A stretch of DNA of 64,000 nucleotides from Candidatus Latescibacterota bacterium (GTDB taxonomy: Bacteria > Latescibacterota > UBA2968 > GCA-2709665), in the NCBI GenBank assembly GCA_965237675.1, contig OZ250150.1, forward strand, positions 3,136,001 to 3,200,000. The letters are read 5' to 3'. This document shows, piece after piece, positions 29,478-40,255 of the stretch (positions within the stretch are counted from its first letter, which is position 1; each line of letters opens with the position of its first letter). The position numbers were made by a program, and so were the translations under genes. The notes under the pieces are model-generated. The model saw only the letters and a program-made list of their open reading frames with translations. It had not been told where the DNA came from and made no database searches.

Positions 29478-30350
29478 TCAGCGCTCCCACCGTCCCGGAT
29501 CAATAGCCGGAGCGTCGGTTCTCATGCCTTTGGGTTTGTGCGGCTGGTTCCAGTCCAGACCGGTTGTATTGGGGCTTTGCAGAAAGCGTCTTGTTTCGGC
29601 CGGGGCCCTTGCAACGAGTTCCGGGTCCCATTCCGGCATCGGTTGTATGGGCCCCGCCCAGCCCGGGCGGTACCCCAGTTGAACCAGCGTGCGCTGGGAG
29701 CCGGTTCTGTTGGGATGGGTACCGTGGAACAAATTGATGGGGATCACGAGCGCCGTCCCCGCCTTGACGCAAAGGGTGACCTCGCCGCGGTGGTACTTGT
29801 AACGCACGTACGGGTTCGCTTCGGCGTGAAACGACAGGTGGGAGCGAGGGACGAGCCGGAAGGGCGCCCGGTCCGGGGTCAGGTCGTCAAGGTAATACAG
29901 GACGCGGAGTAGACGGGGGGAACTTCCTTCGTATCCGAAGATGGATGAACCGAACGGCTGTCCGTCGGTGTGTAACGAGATGGGCGGCGAGCCCGAGAGC
30001 GTCCGGGTGAAGAGCCCCCGGGTGAACACGATGTCTTCGCCGAGCAGTGTCTCCAGGAACTCGATCATTGGCCGGTGCGCGATCAGTTCGGCCACGGCCC
30101 GACTGCGCCATTGGGGCTCCAGACAGTAGGTTTGCGCGGCGCTGTAGTCCTTCGTCTGCATCGGCGCATCGGCCATTTCGCGTTTGATGCGAACCATGAA
30201 ATCCGCATCGAGCACGTCCGGTAGAACGACGAATCCCTCCACTTCGAGGTGTCGGATTCGCTCGGCCGGCGTGAAGCAACTGAAGTCGGTCTCGTCCACG
30301 TTCATGAATTCGATTTCTTCGTTTGGGTCAATTCGTACTTCAGCTTGCAT
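29478..30350 (-). CDS. PhyH-family Fe/2OG dioxygenase
   Basis: EGFVVLPDVL, LHTDG (HxD), LYYLDD..PRSH, FHGT. Confidence 0.88.
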   Translation of the reverse strand: MQAEVRIDPNEEIEFMNVDETDFSCFTPAERIRHLEVEGFVVLPDVLDADFMVRIKREMADAPMQTKDYSAAQTYCLEPQWRSRAVAELIAHRPMIEFLETLLGEDIVFTRGLFTRTLSGSPPISLHTDGQPFGSSIFGYEGSSPRLLRVLYYLDDLTPDRAPFRLVPRSHLSFHAEANPYVRYKYHRGEVTLCVKAGTALVIPINLFHGTHPNRTGSQRTLVQLGYRPGWAGPIQPMPEWDPELVARAPAETRRFLQSPNTTGLDWNQPHKPKGMRTDAPAIDPGRWER

Positions 30351-30544
30351 TGCGGTTCTCCCTTTTTCAACGGCCCCGGCGGGCGCCGAAAACCCGCGCG
30401 GGACAGGTTCCGATTCTGAAAGCGAGCCATTTCGGGACGGACGATTTTCCCGGCGAAAGGATTCTTCTTGGGAATCCCGAACGCCGCGCGACTTCCCATT
30501 CGTCGATAGTCGGGCCAAGATAATCATTGCGATCGGATAGGGCA

Positions 30545-33211
30545 ATGGATGGATTGGGTGTATTATTCAGTCTTCTCGTTCTGTGCTGGCTCTGGCCAGG
30601 CAGGTGCGCGGCCACGGGGGTTTCGCGCCCGGTTTACCGCACCTCGCCGCCGGAAGAAACGCTGGAGAAACTGAAGCGGGCTGTCTCGCCGCTGATGGCG
30701 ATGTCAGAGGCTGAGATGGCGGCGCTGGTTCCTGATCGGACCGGATTCCGGTACGTGGCGTGCGCGCGCTGCGACGAGGGCGTTAGTGAACGTCAGCTCG
30801 ACTGGTCGATGGAAGACCCGGATCGTATCCGGTGCCGACACTGCGGTACGGTTTTCCCCGGTGTGGAATTCAAGGAGAATCGGGTGTTTCGAATATTGAA
30901 TCCCGTGGGGATCGAGGTCGAGTATCCGTTTTTCGAAGATGGATCGGGCAGACGGTTTTTCTTTCGCGCCAGGGCCTGGTGGTGCGCCCGGTTCTATCTC
31001 TCGGACCGCGCCCGGGATTTCGGTGTTTTGTACCGCGCAACCGGAGACCGGGCGTATGCGCGGCGCTCGGCGTTGATTCTGGACGCATTTGCAGGATTCT
31101 ATCCGGGCTTTCTTGTCTGGACGGACGTGGCAAATACAGCCAAGGTGGTTTGTATGAACGCACCTTTTCCCAGGCGAGGCGGAAAGTGGGGAGAATGGCG
31201 CTACGCGGAGATCCCCACCGATATGATCTACGCATACGATTCAATTCGGGACAGCGGCGAGCTGGAGCGACTTTCCGGCGAACGGGGTGTGGATGTCGGC
31301 CGTCGTATCGTGGACGAGTTTTTCAGGGGGGCAATTCGTCAGGACGCCTTTCATGGTCTATTGTATACCAACGCCAGCCCCGAGACCTACGAGGGATATG
31401 CGGTGGCCGGCCGCGTGATGAGAGATCCCTCGCTGGTTCACCGGGCGGTACGGTGCGCGCACGGCCTGTTCCGACGATTCTCCGTGGATGGGTTCTGGTG
31501 CCAGGGGAGTGCCGGATATCATCGGTATACGTTGACGGGTCTGCTGCGTGTGATGGACGCCCTGGCCGGTTATTCCGATCCTTGGGGATATGTGGATCCG
31601 GAAGACGGCAGGCGTTTCGTCAATCTGGATCCGTTTCGCGAATTTTCGGAAGTGGCACGGTGCAGTCGTGTTCTCGAGACATTCAGGTACCCCGATGGAC
31701 GCCTGTTACCGGTCCACGATTCGTGGGCGCGATATGAGGACCTGAAGCCTTCAGTCTGCTCGTGTCCGACCTTGTTTGCAGGGTTGGGGCATGCATGGCT
31801 CGGGTGTGGGGAGGGTCGTCGCCAGGCGCAGGTACACCTTCATTTCTCAGAAGGGGGCCACGGACACGACCACGCAGATCTGTTGAATCTGACGCTCTTT
31901 GCAAATGGCGAGGAACTGTTGCCTGACCTGGGATACACCCACTCGCGTTACAGGTTCTGGACCGTCAGCACGCTGGCGCACAATACGGTGGTGATCGATG
32001 AGCAGGAACAGTATACGCGCGGAAACAGGGGGCCGTCTCGCGGCCGGTTGCTGGCGTTTGAGACGGCACACCACGATGTACAGTGGATGGAAGCCGGCGG
32101 AGAACGCGCATACCCCGGGTTGGCGCGGGATTACCGGCGGATGGTCATGCTGGCCAACGCGGGCGGCGGGGACGTCTATTCCGTGGACATTTTTCGTGTC
32201 TGTGGAGGCGCTCAGCACGATTGGAAGTTGCACGGAAGCGCGGACCGGGACGGATGGGCCGAGGTGGATGTGCCAGTGAAGCCTTTCGGGCCGAACCTGT
32301 TGCCGGGCGTAAACGTGCGGCTGCCCGAAAATGGGGGGGATGCCGGCGATGCCGAGGGGCGCTGCGTGAGCTACGGATTCATCCAGAACGTGTCGCGTGG
32401 TCGTGTCGCCAACGGTGTTTCACTGCGTTTCGGCCTCGAGGGACGGCAAGCAGGGCTGCGGTGCCATCTACCTGGGCTTTCGGAAGCGGTGATTTTCCTG
32501 GGTGACGCGCCGTCTGTGCGCCGAACGAACGAAAATGATGCCGAATTGGATCGGTTCAGGATGCCCGTTTTCCTCGCGCGGCGGCGAGGACGAGCACCGC
32601 TATCCAGCGTGTTTGCCGCGATCCATGAGCCCTTCGACGGATCTCCGTTTGTTGAGGCCGTGCGACAGGTATACGCGGATGAATGGAATATCGCGCTGGA
32701 GGTGAGTCATAGGGGATATGTGGACCATATTGTGCATCGTGCCGTCTGGACTGACGAGCCACTGGTGGTTGGTGATCTCAGCTTGAGCGGCGAGTTCGGG
32801 TTTGTGCGGGAACGGGACGGCGTCCCCACGTGCATGGGGCTGTGGGGCGGGGACGCGTTGAAGTGGAAAGAGGAGGTGGTTCTGGGCGAGGGAGTCTATG
32901 ACCTGGACGTGGCCGGTGTTCTCAGGAAGGCGGATGGAGACCCATTTGACGGCTTGAGGGTGACCGGTCGCATACCGGATGGCGCCGAAGTCGCGGGGAC
33001 AACGGCAATCATCCGTTTCGGGGATGGCCAGACGATGGGATGCGGTGTGGATCGTGTTATCCGCGACCGACAAGGGCTCACCCTGGCGACCACGGAAGAT
33101 CCGGGATTCTCAATTGAGAATGGCACGATGCGCCACGAGTTTTTTCCACTGCGTGAAAACTCGGGGCCGGTGACCTGCCGCATCCGGACGTCGTCGTTCG
33201 TTTGCATATAG
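30545..33211 (+). CDS. Secreted heparinase II/III-like protein
   Basis: Signal peptide, DGFWCQGSAGYH, GHGHDHADLL, DLGY, AHNTVVIDE. Confidence 0.8.
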   Translation: MDGLGVLFSLLVLCWLWPGRCAATGVSRPVYRTSPPEETLEKLKRAVSPLMAMSEAEMAALVPDRTGFRYVACARCDEGVSERQLDWSMEDPDRIRCRHCGTVFPGVEFKENRVFRILNPVGIEVEYPFFEDGSGRRFFFRARAWWCARFYLSDRARDFGVLYRATGDRAYARRSALILDAFAGFYPGFLVWTDVANTAKVVCMNAPFPRRGGKWGEWRYAEIPTDMIYAYDSIRDSGELERLSGERGVDVGRRIVDEFFRGAIRQDAFHGLLYTNASPETYEGYAVAGRVMRDPSLVHRAVRCAHGLFRRFSVDGFWCQGSAGYHRYTLTGLLRVMDALAGYSDPWGYVDPEDGRRFVNLDPFREFSEVARCSRVLETFRYPDGRLLPVHDSWARYEDLKPSVCSCPTLFAGLGHAWLGCGEGRRQAQVHLHFSEGGHGHDHADLLNLTLFANGEELLPDLGYTHSRYRFWTVSTLAHNTVVIDEQEQYTRGNRGPSRGRLLAFETAHHDVQWMEAGGERAYPGLARDYRRMVMLANAGGGDVYSVDIFRVCGGAQHDWKLHGSADRDGWAEVDVPVKPFGPNLLPGVNVRLPENGGDAGDAEGRCVSYGFIQNVSRGRVANGVSLRFGLEGRQAGLRCHLPGLSEAVIFLGDAPSVRRTNENDAELDRFRMPVFLARRRGRAPLSSVFAAIHEPFDGSPFVEAVRQVYADEWNIALEVSHRGYVDHIVHRAVWTDEPLVVGDLSLSGEFGFVRERDGVPTCMGLWGGDALKWKEEVVLGEGVYDLDVAGVLRKADGDPFDGLRVTGRIPDGAEVAGTTAIIRFGDGQTMGCGVDRVIRDRQGLTLATTEDPGFSIENGTMRHEFFPLRENSGPVTCRIRTSSFVCI

Positions 33212-33233
33212 GAGGGACGGGAGAGGATCAGCA

Positions 33234-34388
33234 TCAGTTTGTGCTCGACGCGGCGCGGTAGACTTCGAGGATGGGTACGCCCTGTTCGCTCGCAATACGG
33301 GCGCAGTCTTCGTACTCGGGCGCAATACGCGTCCTGCCGCCGTAATTGGCGACCTTTACGGTCACGGGGCCGAATGCGGTTTCGACAACTTCCGTTCGTC
33401 GAGAGATGGTCTGACGCTCAACGCGGCGGAGCCGAACGCCAAGCGTCGTGGTTTCACGGAAGATCAGATCCGTGACGGACTGTGTGTTGGCGGGATCGGC
33501 GAGCACGCTGAGCATCACTCCGGGGCGCCCTTTTTTCATAATGAGGGGCGTGAGGTACGCGTCTCTGGCGCCTTCGGAGAGCAGGCGGTCGATCAGATAG
33601 CCGTAGATTTCCGGCGTCATATCGTCAATGTTGGTTTCTATGAGGGTGAGCGCGTCTGTCCGGAGGCAGGACTCGGATTCACCGATTTCCAATCGGAGCA
33701 GATTCGGTATCTGATCCATGTCACGACTGCCTGCCCCGTAGCCGATCTGACGCGTACGAAATGAAAGACGGGCACCGATCTGGTCCGCCAACGTGGTCAA
33801 AATCGCTGCGCCTGTAGGTGTGACCAGCTCACACGGTATGTCGGTGCGTTCGGCGGGAACATCTCTGCAAAGGGCGAGCACGGCAGGTACGGGAATGGGC
33901 AGAATGCCGTGCGAACTTCGGGTTGTTCCGCGACCAAACCGTAGGGATGAGGCGCAGACGCGTTCGACTCCGAGCAGTTCCAGGCCGATAACGGCCCCGA
34001 CGATATCCGCTATCGCGTCGATCGCACCCACTTCGTGAAATTGTACGCGTTCGACTGAAACGCCGTGAACTTCGGCTTCGGCTTCGGCGAGGCGGCGGAA
34101 AATGGCGCCGCTTTGCCGTTTGGCTCTGCTCGAGATGCCGGCGGCGTTGATGATTCCCAACACGTCCTTCAGTCGACGGTGTACATGCCCTTCTCCGGCG
34201 ACGACATCGACCTTTGTCGCGGCGATACCGTGCCTGTGAACCCTTCCGGCCCGGAGGCAGACTTCTTTCAGATTGAGTTTGTCAAGTTCCTTCTGCAACA
34301 TCTGGATACACAGGCCGGCATCCACCAGCGCGCCAAGAATCATGTCGCCGCTTACGCCCGCATAGCAGTCGAAGTACGCAAGTCTCAA
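33234..34388 (-). CDS. larC: Nickel pincer cofactor biosynthesis protein LarC
   Basis: YFDCYAGVSGDMILGAL, FHEVGAIDAIAD, ELVTPTGAAI, ETNIDD, MKKGRPG, ETTTLGVR, PEYEDC. Confidence 0.93.
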   Translation of the reverse strand: MRLAYFDCYAGVSGDMILGALVDAGLCIQMLQKELDKLNLKEVCLRAGRVHRHGIAATKVDVVAGEGHVHRRLKDVLGIINAAGISSRAKRQSGAIFRRLAEAEAEVHGVSVERVQFHEVGAIDAIADIVGAVIGLELLGVERVCASSLRFGRGTTRSSHGILPIPVPAVLALCRDVPAERTDIPCELVTPTGAAILTTLADQIGARLSFRTRQIGYGAGSRDMDQIPNLLRLEIGESESCLRTDALTLIETNIDDMTPEIYGYLIDRLLSEGARDAYLTPLIMKKGRPGVMLSVLADPANTQSVTDLIFRETTTLGVRLRRVERQTISRRTEVVETAFGPVTVKVANYGGRTRIAPEYEDCARIASEQGVPILEVYRAASSTN

Positions 34389-34618
34389 GATATCACCTTT
34401 ATTTCATTCTGAAGGGAGTCAGGTGCTGGCGTAACGCGAGATCTGCTTCGGATAGGCGTTTTTTTGGGATTGTGCGTTGGGACGTCGATCGACAAGCTGG
34501 CGGGATTTTATCGTCGCCGCAGCTATTGAGAGCCCGGTCGTCTTTGCCGGGTTTTTCGTTAGCGAATTCATCTTGCTCCCGTGGCGACGACCCGGCGATG
34601 GGCTGTGGGCGAGGTGAC

Positions 34619-35980
34619 TTACGGAGGGGGCTGCAGGTTGGTCGCAATCGACGCGGTCTGGTTGTCGAACAGCGCCAGCAGAAGGTCGCGGTGCTGCCTG
34701 AAGCCGGCCAGTTGATCCGGTGGTAGCGGCCTGGCCTTGGAGCGATTGGCCAATCTGGCGGGGTTGCCAAGGCGATAACCCTTGCCGTTTCTGACAAAGA
34801 AGTTGTAATGAAGGTGTGGTCCGGTGGCGCGACCGGTCGCCCCCACAAAACCGATGACCTGCTTTTGCTTGACGTATGAGCCTTTCTTCAACCCCCGCGG
34901 GAACCTGCTGAGGTGGCCGTAGCCGGTTTTGTAGCCGTTTCGGTGCCGAATTTCGACGTAGTTCCCGAGAGCGCCATTCCGGCCCTTGAATACGACGGTA
35001 CCCGGGGCGGTTGCCCAGACGCGGGTGCCGTACCTGGCTGCGTAGTCGATGCCGTGGTGTGGGGTGTACTTTTTAAGGATGGGGTGGTACCGGCGGTTGG
35101 AATATCCGGAGCTGATTCGCCGGTAGTTGAGCGGGGATTTGAGAAACAGTCCGCGCAGCGACTTGCCGTTCGAATCGTAATAGGCCAGGTGGCCGTCGGG
35201 TGTTTCGAACAGGAAAGCCTGATGGTTATTTCGCGCGGCCTGGTATTCAGCTGAAAGGATATCTCCGTAACGCAGGAACCGGCCGTCTTTGTGCAATTTC
35301 TCCAGCGCCAGGGCAAAACGGTCGCCGTCGCGGCAATCGACCATAAAGTCGATGTCGTATTCAAAAATCCTGGTCAATTCACCGCTCAGTACGGCGGCGT
35401 CTTCACCGGTTTCACTCAGGGCATTCCATAGTGTGTTGTGGATTTCACCCGAAACAACGGCGATCCGGCTTTCAAGAGGCATGCGCTCCTTGTGCGCTGT
35501 AAGCTTGCCGTTCTTCCGCGCCGCGATAAAACGGGTCTCTACGGCCCCCTTTTTAATGAATTCGAAAGACTGAATGGCTCCCAGGCTGTCCAGGCGCAGT
35601 TCATAGCGGTCTCCGCTCTGGACGATTCTGGGATTGAATTCCGCCCGGGGAATCCCTTTCTGTAACGCGTCAAGCAGTTCATGGATCTGGGACCGCGCGA
35701 CGTCTTCCCGATTCAACGCGTCCCAGAATGTTTCTCTACGGCGGATGCGTCCGTCGATTTCAGAGAATTGCGGTTCCGGACTTGCGGGAAGAGAGACTGC
35801 AATCGGGGACGTTTCCTGGGCGGCGTCAGGGATTTGCACGGTTTCAGGCTGCCGGGACCGGGTGGCCGTGAGCCAGATCAGTGCAGCGGCGGGTAGGATA
35901 ACGGGAACAAACTTTGCCAGCCGGAACCGGCGACCGGATCGGGGGGGCCGGTTCGTGCGATTACATTCACGAATATGCAT
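34619..35980 (-). CDS. M23 family peptidoglycan DD-endopeptidase
   Basis: HHGIDY (HxxxD), YGHLS, TGPHLHY (HxH); N-terminal TM anchor. Confidence 0.9.
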   Translation of the reverse strand: MHIRECNRTNRPPRSGRRFRLAKFVPVILPAAALIWLTATRSRQPETVQIPDAAQETSPIAVSLPASPEPQFSEIDGRIRRRETFWDALNREDVARSQIHELLDALQKGIPRAEFNPRIVQSGDRYELRLDSLGAIQSFEFIKKGAVETRFIAARKNGKLTAHKERMPLESRIAVVSGEIHNTLWNALSETGEDAAVLSGELTRIFEYDIDFMVDCRDGDRFALALEKLHKDGRFLRYGDILSAEYQAARNNHQAFLFETPDGHLAYYDSNGKSLRGLFLKSPLNYRRISSGYSNRRYHPILKKYTPHHGIDYAARYGTRVWATAPGTVVFKGRNGALGNYVEIRHRNGYKTGYGHLSRFPRGLKKGSYVKQKQVIGFVGATGRATGPHLHYNFFVRNGKGYRLGNPARLANRSKARPLPPDQLAGFRQHRDLLLALFDNQTASIATNLQPPP

Positions 35981-36215
35981 ATCTTTAGGTGCGTGGGATG
36001 CCGGAAGGGGCCTGAGGGTTTATGGAAGACCCAACTGACAACAAATGGACAAATGAACGTAACTTATTGTTCTGGGGGCATTGCGAATCTTGCAAGATAG
36101 GTCAAAACGGACTTTCTGTCAACCCTATTTTAGCTTGCGTCCGGAGCGCTGCATTGTTACTCTCATACCTGTACTGTTTGATTAAGTGAATGGACCCATG
36201 GCGGGGGTTTGAGAG

Positions 36216-37280
36216 ATGGGTGACCGTGTTGACCTGAAGGGAATCTATCCCGAGGAACTGGAGGTATTCGTCGCTTCCCTCGGGCTGGAGCCGTATCGCG
36301 CCCGGCAGATTGCGGCGTGGATCTACAATCGCGGCACAACCGATTTCGCTGAAATGACCGACCTCACAAAGGCGGTTCGCGCAACCCTGCGGGAGCGCGC
36401 GTCTATATTGAGTTTGAAAGTAGCTGCAAAGGCGGGGGCGGATGCCGGCGACACGGTGAAGTACCTGTTTGAGCTTCCGGACGGCAGGCGCGTCGAGAGC
36501 GTGTTGATGCGCGATGGCAGGCGTCGCACGCTGTGTGTTTCGTCCCAGGTGGGATGTGCGCTCGATTGCACGTTCTGCGCGACCGGCCGGATGGGGCTGC
36601 TCCGCAACCTGTCCGCTGGCGAAATTCTGGATCAACTGGTTTGGGTCCGGCGCGAACTGAGGGCGCGCGATGACGATCTGACCAATGTCGTCATGATGGG
36701 TATGGGCGAGCCGCTGTTGAATTACGAGAACGTTGTTCGTGCGATCCGACTGATGAATCTGGATTACGGTCTGGCAATAGGGATCCGGCGGATCACGCTT
36801 TCGACAGTCGGCTACGTGCCCGGCATATTGAGGTTGGCCAGGGAGGGATTGAAGGTCGGCCTGGCGGTTTCTCTGAATGCGACAGACGATGCGCAGCGTT
36901 CGCGAATTATGTCGATCAATCGGCGGTGGCCGATTGCCGAACTGCTCGCGGCCGTCAGGGCGTATCGCAAGGGAGTTAATCGGCGGGTGACGTTCGAGTA
37001 CGTGCTCCTCCACGGGTTCAACGATTCCGTGGAGGACGCCGAACGGCTGGTTGCGCTGGTCCGGGATATCGCGTGCAAAATTAACGTCATTCCATGGAAT
37101 CCGGTCGAAGACGCGCCATTTGAACGGCCGCCGCAGGAGGCCGTGGATCGGTTTGTGCAGATCCTCAGGAATGCCCATCTGACAACGACAGTACGCTACA
37201 GCAAGGGGGTGGATATCGCGGCGGGATGCGGGCAACTCTATGTCCATCCCGAAGCGACTGCCCCCGCTTCGGGCGTTTGA
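36216..37280 (+). CDS. rlmN: 23S rRNA m2A2503 / tRNA methyltransferase RlmN
   Basis: CVSSQVGCALDCTFCATG (radical SAM), MGMGEP, AGCGQL. Confidence 0.95.
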   Translation: MGDRVDLKGIYPEELEVFVASLGLEPYRARQIAAWIYNRGTTDFAEMTDLTKAVRATLRERASILSLKVAAKAGADAGDTVKYLFELPDGRRVESVLMRDGRRRTLCVSSQVGCALDCTFCATGRMGLLRNLSAGEILDQLVWVRRELRARDDDLTNVVMMGMGEPLLNYENVVRAIRLMNLDYGLAIGIRRITLSTVGYVPGILRLAREGLKVGLAVSLNATDDAQRSRIMSINRRWPIAELLAAVRAYRKGVNRRVTFEYVLLHGFNDSVEDAERLVALVRDIACKINVIPWNPVEDAPFERPPQEAVDRFVQILRNAHLTTTVRYSKGVDIAAGCGQLYVHPEATAPASGV

Positions 37281-37325
37281 CGAGCACGGTGGCCAGCGGC
37301 CGCCGCGTCCCGTCGAAAATTTTCC

Positions 37326-37354
37326 TTGATTTTTATGTAAAGATATGTTATATT
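37326..37354 (+). promoter_or_regulatory. Sigma70 promoter of murA
   Basis: TTGATT-17 nt-TATATT with extended -10 TG, in an AT-rich patch. Confidence 0.6.
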
Positions 37355-37421
37355 GTAACTTATAACGATATACACATGATCACCGTTCTCCAGTCCGAGA
37401 GACATCGGGGCGCGTGTTTTT

Positions 37422-38714
37422 ATGGAACAGTTCGTCATTGAAGGTGGATTTCCACTTTCCGGAACCATAACCCCTTTCGGAAACAAGAATGCCGCGCTCA
37501 CGCTCCTTGCGGCTGCGCTGTTAACGGACGAGACGGTCGTGCTGAAGAATGCGCCTGCCATCGGAGACGTCCTCACCCTCATCGAACTCTTGCGCGATCT
37601 GGGTGTCTCGGTTCAGCACACGGGCCGGTCCGAATTGACCGCGTGTGCAGCTTCGCTGAGCAAGACCGCTCTAAATCCTGATTTCTGCAGAAAAGCCCGC
37701 GGAAGCATTCTGCTGGCAGGACCGCTTCTCGCGCGACATGGCCGCGCGACAATGCCCCGGCCCGGAGGGGACAAAATTGGCCGTCGGCGTCTGGATACCC
37801 ATCTTCGTGCGCTGGAGGCGCTGGGCGCCCGCATCCAGACCAACCACGTCTACGAAATGTGGGCGCCAGAGGGATTGAGGGGCGCCGACATATTTCTGGA
37901 TGAGCGGAGCGTGACCGGTACGGAAAATGTAATCATGGCATCCACGCTTGCCGAGGGCGCAACCGTCATCCGGAACGCGGCTTGTGAACCGCACGTGCAG
38001 GAGTTGTGTCTTCTGCTCAACGCGATGGGTGCCCGGATTTCAGGCGTAGGCACCAATGAACTGACGATTGAAGGCGTAAAAACGCTTCGTGGCGGCGAAC
38101 ATACCATCGGCCCCGATTTTATGGAAGTAGGGAGTTTCATCGGCCTCGCGGCGGTAACCAACGGGGAGATACGGATCAAGGACGCCGCACCGTATCATAT
38201 GCGGCGGAGTCTGATGGTTTTTGAACGGCTGGGGGTAGAGGTGGCTGTTGATGGAGAGGACATCCTGGTTCCGGACCATCAGAAGCTGGAGATCGTCCGG
38301 GATGTCGGAGACGCGATTCCAAAGATTTTTGACGATCCCTGGCCGGGTTTTCCCGCGGACCTGATGAGCATCGCGCTGGTCGTGGCCACCCAGGCGCGCG
38401 GCACCGTCCTGTTCTTCGAGAAGATGTACGAGAGCCGCCTTTTCTGGCTTGATCGGTTGATTGAGATGGGGGCGGAGATAATCCTTTGTGACCCTCACCG
38501 CGCGGTTATCGTGGGTCCGTCGAAGCTATATGGGGAGCGGATTACGAGTCCCGATATCCGGGCCGGGATGGCGCTGCTGATCGCCAGCCTGTGCGCCGAA
38601 GGCCAGAGCGTGATCCGGAACATCGAGCAGATCGATCGCGGGTACGATTGCATCGACGAGCGTCTTCGCGCGCTGGGCGCCCGGATCGAACGGGTTCCCG
38701 TTCCTTTTGACTAA
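37422..38714 (+). CDS. murA: UDP-N-acetylglucosamine 1-carboxyvinyltransferase
   Basis: [16 protein letters not shown] (Asp at the catalytic Cys position), [26 protein letters not shown]. Confidence 0.95.
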   Translation: MEQFVIEGGFPLSGTITPFGNKNAALTLLAAALLTDETVVLKNAPAIGDVLTLIELLRDLGVSVQHTGRSELTACAASLSKTALNPDFCRKARGSILLAGPLLARHGRATMPRPGGDKIGRRRLDTHLRALEALGARIQTNHVYEMWAPEGLRGADIFLDERSVTGTENVIMASTLAEGATVIRNAACEPHVQELCLLLNAMGARISGVGTNELTIEGVKTLRGGEHTIGPDFMEVGSFIGLAAVTNGEIRIKDAAPYHMRRSLMVFERLGVEVAVDGEDILVPDHQKLEIVRDVGDAIPKIFDDPWPGFPADLMSIALVVATQARGTVLFFEKMYESRLFWLDRLIEMGAEIILCDPHRAVIVGPSKLYGERITSPDIRAGMALLIASLCAEGQSVIRNIEQIDRGYDCIDERLRALGARIERVPVPFD

Positions 38715-38719
38715 ACGCA

Positions 38720-40087
38720 ATGGCATCTGCTAAGGACACGGCAATCGAAGTGGTTCGACGCCTTCACGCACGGGGGTTCCGTGCGTTGCTGGCCGGCGGG
38801 TGCGTGCGAGACCTCTTGCTTGGGCGGGAACCCCGGGACTACGATGTCGCGACCGATGCCGATCCCCAACAGGTGATCGGCATTTTTCGCCATGCGCAGC
38901 CTGTGGGCGCACACTTTGGCGTGGTGGAAGTGCGGCTGGACGGGCACGTCTTCGAGGTTGCCCGTTTCCGGCGTGATCTGGGCTACAGCGATGGACGGCA
39001 TCCCGACGCGGTCGTCTTTACAGATGAAACTGAGGATGCCCGGCGTCGGGATTTCACCGTGAACGGAATGTTCTGGGACCCCCTGGCGGATCGGGTGCTG
39101 GATTACGTGGGCGGACAGGCGGATTTGAAGGAGAGAGTGATCCGGACCATCGGCCCCGCCGAGGACCGGTTCACGGAAGACCGCCTGCGAATGATGCGGG
39201 CGTTGCGGTTCGGTTGTCGCTTCCACTGGCGGATCGATCGATCGACGTTTGCGGCGATCCGGCGTATGAGCCCAAACCTCGCGGACGTCAGCAGAGAACG
39301 CATCAGGGACGAATTTTCCAGGATGTTAACCGAAGGGGGCGCGCCTCTCGGCGTGCGATGGTTGATCGATACCGGGTTGATGGTCGAGGTCGTACCGGAG
39401 ATACTGGCCCTCGACGGGGTCGCGCAGCCCCCGGAATTTCATCCGGAAGGCGACGTGTTGACCCACACGTTGATAATGCTGGGGTTGATGCGCAATCCGT
39501 CCAAGGAACTGGCGATGGCCGTCCTGTTGCACGATGTGGGCAAACCGCGTACGTTCAAGTCAGCGGACCGTATTCGCTTTGACAATCACGCCCTCGTGGG
39601 CGCCCAGATGACCGACACGATATGTCGCAGGCTGCGGTTTTCCAGGGAGTCGACCCGTCACATCGTTCGACTGGTGGCGGACCATCACCGTTTTATGCAC
39701 GTAAGGGTGATGCGCAAGAGCAGGTTGAAGCGGTTTTTGCGCACGGAGCGGTTTGAAGAACACCTGGAACTGCACCGGGTCGACTGTTTATCCAGCCACC
39801 GTAATCTGGAGAATTACGGATTCTGTCGGCAGGCCCTTGAATCATTGGAGCCCGAGGAAATACGCCCGGAGCCATTGATCACCGGTCGGGATCTGATCGA
39901 GCTCGGATATCCGCCCGGACCGGCCTTCAAGACCGCGCTGAGGGCTGTGGAAGACGGCCAGCTTGAAGGCCGCGTGAAGGATCGTGAAGACGCTTTGCTG
40001 CTCGCTCGGGGAATGTTCGAGAGGGGCACGGAGTCCCGGTGCGGAAACCCGTCGGATAGTGGATCCGCTTCGGGGTCACCCGGTTAG
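38720..40087 (+). CDS. CCA tRNA nucleotidyltransferase / poly(A) polymerase family with HD domain
   Basis: GGCVRD..DYDVAT, RRDFTVNGM, EDRLRMMRALRF, LLHDVGK. Confidence 0.92.
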   Translation: MASAKDTAIEVVRRLHARGFRALLAGGCVRDLLLGREPRDYDVATDADPQQVIGIFRHAQPVGAHFGVVEVRLDGHVFEVARFRRDLGYSDGRHPDAVVFTDETEDARRRDFTVNGMFWDPLADRVLDYVGGQADLKERVIRTIGPAEDRFTEDRLRMMRALRFGCRFHWRIDRSTFAAIRRMSPNLADVSRERIRDEFSRMLTEGGAPLGVRWLIDTGLMVEVVPEILALDGVAQPPEFHPEGDVLTHTLIMLGLMRNPSKELAMAVLLHDVGKPRTFKSADRIRFDNHALVGAQMTDTICRRLRFSRESTRHIVRLVADHHRFMHVRVMRKSRLKRFLRTERFEEHLELHRVDCLSSHRNLENYGFCRQALESLEPEEIRPEPLITGRDLIELGYPPGPAFKTALRAVEDGQLEGRVKDREDALLLARGMFERGTESRCGNPSDSGSASGSPG

Positions 40088-40255
40088 GGGCCGCCGCCGC
40101 CGGATTCCGAACGGTGCCCCGGCCGCTCCGGATAATCGGTAAGGAGCGTTGCGGGCCGACAGGCATGTCTGGAACCATCGCAGGATAAGGGCGTATGTAG
40201 ATAGAGAAGACCAATTAACTTCCGCTTTTCAATTTCGCTTTGCGAAGGGTGTGCG

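Noticed and set aside
25939-33211. Integrative island at tRNA-Val
   Set aside because: No integrase gene, and I saw no duplicated tRNA 3' end (att site) downstream.
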